This document shows positions 30,396 through 35,124 of a stretch of 64,000 bases of DNA, in pieces. Below the pieces are notes generated by a model. The model saw only the letters and a program-made list of their open reading frames with translations. It did not search any database and was not told the DNA's origin. The position numbers and the translations under genes were made by a program. Numbering within the stretch: position 1 is the first letter of the stretch; every line of letters starts with the position of its first letter. Source of the DNA: a virus; IMG/VR virus record IMGVR_UViG_3300036770_008028, positions 93,499 to 157,498 of that record, one strand, 5' to 3'.

Positions 30396-30548
30396 GGGCG
30401 TTGCAGACCCTAACATCGCTGTGAATCCATGTCTAGTAGTTATCGCGAGAGGCCAAGACCAACTGCATCTCTCTGACTGATAGAGCATCGCGATAGTGAA
30501 CGAGCATGAGGCTAGCGGCGCCGGGCGTTAGGGCTTACAAGGCCGCCC
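30396..30548 (-). ncRNA. Candidate rod-shaped ncRNA (6S-like topology)
   Basis: Nested pairings GGGCG/CGCCC, AGCCCTAACG/TGTTAGGGTCT, CGCT/AGCG, CATG/CATG and TATCGCGA/TCGCGATA flank an internal bubble. Confidence 0.5.
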
Positions 30549-30575
30549 CGGTTGACATAACGCATTGCCCTTGAC

Positions 30576-30790
30576 CCATGGTCAAGCCCACTGTGCTGTG
30601 TTTAAGACGCCAATGCTGGCGGAACCAGCCTTTGCCGGGCTACCAACCCGGCCTTGACATCCCCTGATGCGTGTTCATCTCCAGCCACGGAGCACGGCCT
30701 ATAACGGCTACAGCGGCCCAGGGTGGTAGTGCTTCCCTCACAGTTGGGATATAGTGGCCAGCCTGCTTTCTCTCACAGGCTTGACCATGG
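30576..30790 (-). ncRNA. Candidate structured ncRNA of unknown class
   Basis: Perfect 13-bp terminal inverted repeat CCATGGTCAAGCC/GGCTTGACCATGG encloses several hairpins; no credible ORF. Confidence 0.5.
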
Positions 30791-30799
30791 ATCATTGGT

Positions 30800-31036
30800 T
30801 TAATTGTCCTGAGGTGGACGCTCGCGTCGATCAAGATTTGCCGGCTTCAGGAGATAATCTCGACCGATGTTGCCGGCTTCGATCTCTCGTAGTGCAGTGA
30901 CCACAGGACCATTGTCGCAGGTCACAGTTGGTCTCCATCCTCGGTTTAGTTCGCGCGCCCGTCGGGCGCCAATCAGCACGAGATCGTATTTGCTGCCCAC
31001 TGCTCGTGCTGCCAGTTCGCTTGAAATCCTTGCCAT
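30800..31036 (-). CDS. rpoZ: RNA polymerase omega subunit homolog
   Basis: MARI...KYDLVLIGARRARELN.G......GPVVTALREIEAG. Confidence 0.92.
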   Translation of the reverse strand: MARISSELAARAVGSKYDLVLIGARRARELNRGWRPTVTCDNGPVVTALREIEAGNIGRDYLLKPANLDRRERPPQDN

Positions 31037-31062
31037 TGTGTGCTCCGATCATGTAAACAACA

Positions 31063-31091
31063 ACTGTAACACATCTGGCCGGATGTGTCAA
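31063..31091 (-). promoter_or_regulatory. Sigma70-like promoter for rpoZ
   Basis: TTGACA-17 nt-TACAGT. Confidence 0.65.
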
Positions 31092-31098
31092 TAGAGTT

Positions 31099-31174
31099 TG
31101 GCCCGTCCAGGAGGAATCGAACCCCCGTATAGATGTTTAGAAGACACCTGCGTCATCCACTACGCTATGGACGG
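31099..31174 (-). tRNA. tRNA-Arg(TCT)
   Basis: Cloverleaf, anticodon loop CTTCTAA, encoded CCA. Confidence 0.9.
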
Positions 31175-31181
31175 ATTGTGC

Positions 31182-31255
31182 TGGAGCGCCCGGAGAGAAT
31201 CGAACTCTCGATCCCACGTTGGCAACGTGGCGTTTTGCCCCTAAACTACGGACGT
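31182..31255 (-). tRNA. tRNA-Gly(GCC)
   Basis: Loop TTGCCAA, U73, CCA. Confidence 0.9.
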
Positions 31256-31258
31256 TAG

Positions 31259-31732
31259 TTATGCGGCTCTCACGCTCTTGAGCCTGTCGGCGGCATAACT
31301 GGCAGCCCAGGCCACGGGCTTTACCATGGGGATCACATTGCATGTACCACGGATGTATCCGATAGCCTGTTGCACCACGCAACTGGATCCATGCATCTCG
31401 TTGGGATTTAGATCTAGGTGCACTTCGATGGGCCACCCTGCCAGCACCGGAGCCAACCTCTGGAACAGTTCGCTCACGCGATACACTTCGTTCATGAGAC
31501 GCATGCTGGGACGATTGTACCGCTGATCATAGTCGCGTTCGCGGTCCATCTCACCAAAGATCTTGCAACCATTGTTGCCGTTGCGATGGATCACAGCCAC
31601 GGTGGTGTATTCGGCCCACCACTGTCGACCCACTTTGAAACGTTCTGAATCCGCACCAATATAGATGCGTGTGCCAGGCCCTAAGTCATGCACATAGATT
31701 TGTATTTGTTCTGGATCTATCCTTGGCATCAT
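31259..31732 (-). CDS. RNase H-like YkuK/DUF458-family protein inside the tRNA array
   Basis: IYIGADS...RLMNEV...EVHLDLN...KP.AWAASYAAD; GGGAGG Shine-Dalgarno. Confidence 0.8.
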   Translation of the reverse strand: MMPRIDPEQIQIYVHDLGPGTRIYIGADSERFKVGRQWWAEYTTVAVIHRNGNNGCKIFGEMDRERDYDQRYNRPSMRLMNEVYRVSELFQRLAPVLAGWPIEVHLDLNPNEMHGSSCVVQQAIGYIRGTCNVIPMVKPVAWAASYAADRLKSVRAA

Positions 31733-31754
31733 GCCTCCCTTGGTTATTTACTCT

Positions 31755-31831
31755 TGGCCGGTCCTGACGGATTCGAACCGCCGGCTTCCTGTTTCGAAGA
31801 CAGGCACTCTAGTCCACTGAGTTAAGGACCG
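31755..31831 (-). tRNA. tRNA-Arg(TCG)
   Basis: Loop CTTCGAA, CCA. Confidence 0.9.
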
Positions 31832-31835
31832 CGAC

Positions 31836-31928
31836 TGGTGGAGAGTGTGGGATTCGAACCCACGGCCCCGATTTCTCGAAGCAACACCTTAGCAGGGTGC
31901 CGATTTAAACCGACTCATCCAACTCTCC
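31836..31928 (-). tRNA. tRNA-Ser(GCT)
   Basis: Loop CTGCTAA, long variable arm, CCA. Confidence 0.9.
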
Positions 31929-31932
31929 GACA

Positions 31933-32025
31933 TGGTGGAAGAGGTGAGACTCGAACTCACACACCCATCTCTGGGCCTTCGGTTTTCAAGACCGCTGCCG
32001 CTATGCCGATTCGGCTAACTCTTCC
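31933..32025 (-). tRNA. tRNA-Ser(TGA)
   Basis: Loop CTTGAAA, long variable arm, CCA. Confidence 0.9.
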
Positions 32026-32138
32026 ATATTCGTACCGGTTACCGGATCCGGTGCAGACTTTTGGTCCCTGCGGCTCGTAAACTCACCCACCCTTGACGCC
32101 ATGCTCTGCAGAGGGCCAGCCGGGTGACGCTGTGTGCT

Positions 32139-32216
32139 TGGTACCCCTGCTCAGATTCGAACTGAGAGTGCTTCTCCTTTTGAGAGAGACGGCTTTACCA
32201 ATTTGCCCACAGGGGT
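32139..32216 (-). tRNA. tRNA-Leu(CAA), short variable region
   Basis: Loop CTCAAAA, 78 nt, CCA. Confidence 0.85.
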
Positions 32217-32217
32217 C

Positions 32218-32294
32218 TGGTGCGGAACCTGGGATTCGAACCCAGACTGTGAGGTGTTTAAGACCTTGACCTCTGCCGATTGGGCTAGTTCCGC
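32218..32294 (-). tRNA. tRNA-Leu(TAA), short variable region
   Basis: Loop CTTAAAC, 77 nt, CCA. Confidence 0.85.
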
Positions 32295-32300
32295 TTGATA

Positions 32301-32378
32301 TGGTACCCCAGGAGAGACTCGAACTCTCAATGAACAGTTTCTAAGACTGCCGTGTATACCTGATTCCACCACCGGGGC
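32301..32378 (-). tRNA. tRNA-Leu(TAG), short variable region
   Basis: Loop CTTAGAA, 78 nt, CCA. Confidence 0.85.
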
Positions 32379-32384
32379 ATTGAT

Positions 32385-32460
32385 TGGTGCTGATTGAGAG
32401 AATCGAACTCCCGACCGGCGCATTACGAGTGCGTTGCTCTACCAACTGAGCTAAATCAGC
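32385..32460 (-). tRNA. tRNA-Thr(CGT)
   Basis: Loop CTCGTAA, CCA. Confidence 0.92.
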
Positions 32461-32465
32461 GTGTA

Positions 32466-32541
32466 TGGTGCCGACTCCTGGTTCCGCGCCAGGCTCTCCT
32501 GCTCTTCAGGCAGGCGCTTTCACTAGATTAGCTTAGTCGGC
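32466..32541 (-). tRNA. tRNA-Phe(GAA) with atypical T-loop
   Basis: Loop CTGAAGA; T arm CCTGG-CGCGGAA-CCAGG; CCA. Confidence 0.8.
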
Positions 32542-32654
32542 AAAAGGTTCCCGAGACCGTGCTTACCCGCGACACGATAGTCATCACTAACCAGAGGATG
32601 GGTCCAGAGCCACTGGCGGCCGGCTGCACTTACTGAGATGACTGGAACAAAACT

Positions 32655-32728
32655 TGGTGCGTCGTGAAGGAATCGAACCTCCGTCTGATCCTTGTAAGGG
32701 ACCGGCCCTACCATTAGACGAACGACGC
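32655..32728 (-). tRNA. tRNA-Val(TAC)
   Basis: Loop CTTACAA, CCA. Confidence 0.9.
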
Positions 32729-32729
32729 A

Positions 32730-32804
32730 TGGGGTATCCTAAGGGTATCGATCCCTTGCCGTGGGCTCCACACGCCCAAGTGCTGCCATTACACCAAGGA
32801 CACC
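32730..32804 (-). tRNA. tRNA-His(GTG)
   Basis: Loop GTGTGGA, G-1:C73, CCA. Confidence 0.85.
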
Positions 32805-32806
32805 AT

Positions 32807-32881
32807 TGGTACCACCGCCAGGAATCAAACCTGGTTCTCAGCCTTCGCAGGGCTGTGTGACCGTCATTTCACCACGGTGAT
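32807..32881 (-). tRNA. tRNA-Arg(GCG)
   Basis: Anticodon arm CAGCC-CTGCGAA-GGCTG; T-loop TTTGATT; CCA. Confidence 0.8.
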
Positions 32882-32934
32882 ATCGAGAGACGAGAGGCTG
32901 GCTTACAAGGCTCGTTACGGCATCGTCCTCAAAC

Positions 32935-33008
32935 TGGTCTCGGTGGCAAGAATCGAACTTGCGCCACATGCTCCCAAAGCACGCATGATACCATTTCACC
33001 ACACCGAG
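32935..33008 (-). tRNA. tRNA-Pro(TGG)
   Basis: Loop TTTGGGA, CCA. Confidence 0.9.
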
Positions 33009-33012
33009 TACA

Positions 33013-33086
33013 TGGCCGGGGCACTAGGACTTGAACCTAGACTAGCACAGTCAAAGTGTGCGGTGCTGCCATTACACTATGCCCCA
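33013..33086 (-). tRNA. tRNA-Gln(TTG)
   Basis: Loop CTTTGAC, G73, CCA. Confidence 0.9.
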
Positions 33087-33091
33087 AAAAT

Positions 33092-33166
33092 TGGTGCTGA
33101 TGAGAGGAATCGAACCTCCGACTTACGCCTTACCAAGGCGTTACTCTACCCCTGAGTTACATCAGC
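33092..33166 (-). tRNA. tRNA-Thr(GGT)
   Basis: Loop TTGGTAA, CCA. Confidence 0.92.
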
Positions 33167-33167
33167 T

Positions 33168-33244
33168 TGGTGGCGATGGAGGGATTCGAGCCCCCGATCT
33201 TCCGCGTATGAAGCGGCTGCATTAACCTGCTATGCTACATCGCC
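33168..33244 (-). tRNA. tRNA-Met(CAT), elongator-like
   Basis: Loop TTCATAC, paired G1-C72, CCA. Confidence 0.85.
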
Positions 33245-33248
33245 TGGG

Positions 33249-33323
33249 TGGTAGGGGCAGCAGGGATTGAACCTGCGACCTCGATGTTAAAAGCATCTTG
33301 CTCTTCCGCTGAGCTATACCCCC
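33249..33323 (-). tRNA. tRNA-Lys(TTT)
   Basis: Loop CTTTTAA, CCA. Confidence 0.88.
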
Positions 33324-33324
33324 A

Positions 33325-33372
33325 TTACTGCACATTGTCTCTGATCCACTGCCAGTATTCTGCTGCGGTCAT
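33325..33372 (-). CDS. 15-aa micropeptide MTAAEYWQWIRDNVQ
   Basis: AAGGAG Shine-Dalgarno 6 nt before the ATG; fills the Ile-Lys tRNA spacer. Confidence 0.55.
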   Translation of the reverse strand: MTAAEYWQWIRDNVQ

Positions 33373-33391
33373 GATCATCTCCTTGTGTGAT

Positions 33392-33465
33392 TGGTACCCG
33401 ATGATGGTTACGATCCAACGTCGCGCGATTATCAATCGCGTGCTCTACCATTGAGCTAATCGGGT
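33392..33465 (-). tRNA. tRNA-Ile(GAT)
   Basis: Loop TTGATAA; T-loop ATCGTAA; CCA. Confidence 0.85.
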
Positions 33466-33466
33466 C

Positions 33467-33540
33467 TGGAGCGGCGAAGGGGAATCGAACCCCTGTCATC
33501 AGCTTGGAAGGCTGTCATAATACCATTATACTACCGCCGC
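33467..33540 (-). tRNA. tRNA-Gly(TCC)
   Basis: Loop CTTCCAA, U73, CCA. Confidence 0.9.
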
Positions 33541-33545
33541 TGGCT

Positions 33546-33620
33546 TGGTGGAGATGGAGAGAATCGAACTCTCAATTCCTGCTTGCAAAACAGGTGTGTT
33601 CCCATTAGCACTACATCCCC
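33546..33620 (-). tRNA. tRNA-Ala(TGC)
   Basis: Loop TTTGCAA, G3-U70, CCA. Confidence 0.9.
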
Positions 33621-33625
33621 GTTGG

Positions 33626-33703
33626 TGGAAGTGAGGGTGGGATTCGAACCCACGGTTGCACCGGGTTGCAGCCGGTTGCCTTGGACCACTCGGCCACCTC
33701 ACT
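33626..33703 (-). tRNA. tRNA-Cys(GCA)
   Basis: Loop CTGCAAC, U73, CCA. Confidence 0.9.
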
Positions 33704-33709
33704 ATGTTG

Positions 33710-33796
33710 TGGCTCCAAGGGCAGGGATCGAACCTGCGTCCACTCACGTGCTCACCGGTTAACAGCCGGGGCCCTTACCTCTAGGGGTACCTTGGA
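33710..33796 (-). tRNA. tRNA-Asn(GTT) with extended variable arm
   Basis: Loop CTGTTAA, G73, 87 nt; CAC-GTGA-GTG mini-hairpin in the variable region. Confidence 0.82.
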
Positions 33797-33803
33797 AAGA
33801 ATT

Positions 33804-33877
33804 TGGTAGCGGGACCCGGAGTCGAACCAGGAACGGAGGCTTATGAGACCTCCATGATGCCATTTCAATATCCCGCA
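33804..33877 (-). tRNA. tRNA-Met(CAT), initiator-like
   Basis: Loop CTCATAA; mismatched 1:72 pair (U:U); 5' TGCGGG. Confidence 0.78.
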
Positions 33878-33885
33878 TGGATCGG

Positions 33886-33960
33886 TGGTGCTGGTGGAGA
33901 GAATCGAACTCCCAATCTACTGATTACAAATCAGTTGCCTTACCATTGGGCCACACCAGC
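33886..33960 (-). tRNA. tRNA-Thr(TGT)
   Basis: Loop TTTGTAA, CCA. Confidence 0.92.
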
Positions 33961-33979
33961 AAGAACTTTACTTATATCA

Positions 33980-34053
33980 TGGCTACGGTGGAGGGAATCG
34001 AACCCCCATCATCAGTTTTGGAGACTGAGGTAATACCATTATACCACACCGTA
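33980..34053 (-). tRNA. tRNA-Trp(CCA)
   Basis: Loop CTCCAAA, G73, CCA. Confidence 0.9.
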
Positions 34054-34058
34054 ATGAT

Positions 34059-34149
34059 TGGTACTCCCGGGGGGAGTCGAACCCCCATCGGCCGATTATC
34101 TGTCGCTACGGGGTATAAGCCCGCTGTTTTACCATTAAACTACAGGAGC
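34059..34149 (-). tRNA. tRNA-Ile(TAT) with long variable arm
   Basis: Loop CTTATAC, 91 nt, CCA. Confidence 0.82.
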
Positions 34150-34157
34150 GAAAAATC

Positions 34158-34232
34158 TGGCGGTGCCAAGGGGTAACGATCCCCTTCTTCGAGCGTGACA
34201 GGCTCGTGTGCGTCCATGAACACTTTGGCACC
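34158..34232 (-). tRNA. tRNA-Asp(GTC)
   Basis: Loop CTGTCAC, G73; T-loop ATCGTTA; CCA. Confidence 0.88.
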
Positions 34233-34238
34233 TAGAAC

Positions 34239-34313
34239 TGGTACACGGTACGGGAATCGAACCCGTCTTTACGGCGTGAAAGGCCGTTGTCCTAACCGAT
34301 AGACGAACCGTGC
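34239..34313 (-). tRNA. tRNA-Glu(TTC)
   Basis: Loop CTTTCAC, CCA. Confidence 0.9.
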
Positions 34314-34319
34314 ATGACA

Positions 34320-34406
34320 TGGTGGGTGCCCACGGATTCGAACCGCGAAGGCCAAAGACAAGAGATTTACAGTCTCCCCCCGATACCGTTACGGGACTAG
34401 ACACCC
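34320..34406 (-). tRNA. tRNA-Tyr(GTA)
   Basis: Loop CTGTAAA, extended variable region, CCA. Confidence 0.88.
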
Positions 34407-34411
34407 AAAAA

Positions 34412-34616
34412 TGGCGGTTCTTGTGGACTTTCACCACACTCTTGCATTCTGAGAGCTTTACCAGTGTCCCGTATCGTCACCGGTCAGGGCTATTGTCAGG
34501 GGTTGCATGACGACCTAGGCTAGACATTGCGTGTGACTAGCACGCCTGTTTCTCGCCTGTCCATCACTACCTGGCAGGGAACTGAGAGCTCAGAAGGAGT
34601 ACCTTTCCAGAGAACC
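34412..34616 (-). ncRNA. 205-nt tRNA-like RNA (acceptor stem, T arm and CCA around a large structured insert)
   Basis: 5' GGTTCT pairs with 3' AGAACC-G-CCA; T-like arm TGTGG-TGAAAGT-CCACA; inner stems TTCTGAG/CTCAGAA and CAGTTCCC/GGGACACTG. Confidence 0.6.
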
Positions 34617-34850
34617 ATACTTGAACACACTACTGAGTCGGCGACCGTGCAGCCGAACGTGATCGGTCCTCTCCGCGGATGCTCCGTGTTCTGAGAGTAA
34701 TGTGTTCAAATATGGTGCCACTTGCGTGGCCACCATCGACAGGATCGTGTCCTGCCCAGTGATTTTTCACACCACACAAGGTGCTTCATCCCACTGTCCG
34801 CCCGTTTGTCCTTTTATTGTACGCTGACCTGGCCCTCGTTGCCTGGCGTA

Positions 34851-34886
34851 TAAAACAAAAAACCCTGGTATCTCTCGATCCAGGGT
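34851..34886 (-). terminator. Intrinsic (attenuator) terminator upstream of the tRNA array
   Basis: ACCCTGG-ATC-GAGA-GAT-A-CCAGGGT followed by TTTTTGTTTT. Confidence 0.88.
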
Positions 34887-34928
34887 CCCGGTAGTTTGAA
34901 CTGATTACAACTCGATCTACTGGGACCC
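34883..34928 (-). promoter_or_regulatory. Antiterminator hairpin overlapping the terminator 5' arm and the leader-peptide stop
   Basis: GGGTCCCAGTAG (34928-34917) pairs 11/12 with CTACCGGGACCC (34894-34883); bases 34886-34883 are shared with the terminator stem. Confidence 0.8.
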
Positions 34929-35048
34929 TCCACTATCACTATTCTCGATCGCACGGGCATAGACTGATAGGGATCCAAACCATGTAGGCTGGCAACCTAG
35001 CGTCTTGGGCAAATGCATCGATATGAGTGATAATTGTTGAGTCATCAT
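34917..35048 (-). CDS. 43-aa leader peptide MMTQQLSLISMHLPKTLGCQPTWFGSLSVYARAIENSDSGGSQ containing all 20 amino acids
   Basis: Hand translation; starts 7 nt after the -10 box; stop codon lies in the antiterminator 5' strand. Confidence 0.8.
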   Translation of the reverse strand: MMTQQLSLISMHLPKTLGCQPTWFGSLSVYARAIENSDSGGSQ

Positions 35049-35055
35049 AGTATCT

Positions 35056-35084
35056 ATTGTATGGGTTTATTTATACCTCGTCAA
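35056..35084 (-). promoter_or_regulatory. tRNA-array promoter: sigma70-like with embedded T4-late-like TATAAATA
   Basis: TTGACG (35084-35079)-17 nt-TACAAT (35061-35056); TATAAATA at 35075-35068. Confidence 0.85.
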
Positions 35085-35095
35085 CCTTTGTTTTG

Positions 35096-35122
35096 AAAAA
35101 CCCTACCAAAATTAGGGTTTTT
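35096..35122 (-). terminator. Terminator-like inverted repeat after ahpD
   Basis: AAAAACCCTA...TAGGGTTTTT; would insulate the tRNA leader from ahpCD read-through. Confidence 0.65.
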
Positions 35123-35124
35123 GG

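Noticed and set aside
30576-30790. RNase P RNA call
   Set aside because: No GAGGAAAGTCC and no canonical P4 helix with a bulged U could be drawn. Kept only as an unassigned ncRNA.
31933-32378. tRNAs with anticodons TGA, TAA and TAG as possible stop-codon suppressors or Sec tRNA
   Set aside because: Read 5'-3', these anticodons decode TCA (Ser), TTA and CTA (Leu). Suppressors would need TCA, TTA or CTA anticodons, and none was found. Genes are intact under the standard code, so there is no evidence of recoding.
32882-32934. Spacer after tRNA-Pro as a theta/HDV-like ribozyme
   Set aside because: Only a simple GAGGACGA/TCGTCTC stem is visible; the nested double pseudoknot could not be built by eye.
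31099-34510. ORF-track ORFs overlapping the tRNA array (e.g. 31838, 32151, 32877, 33803, 34135)
   Set aside because: They are translations of tRNA genes or their antisense strands, with no Shine-Dalgarno and no protein motifs.
34730-34930. T-box riboswitch as the tRNA-operon regulator
   Set aside because: No T-box consensus (AANNAGGGTGGTACCGCG) or stem I was found; the leader-peptide geometry explains the terminator better.
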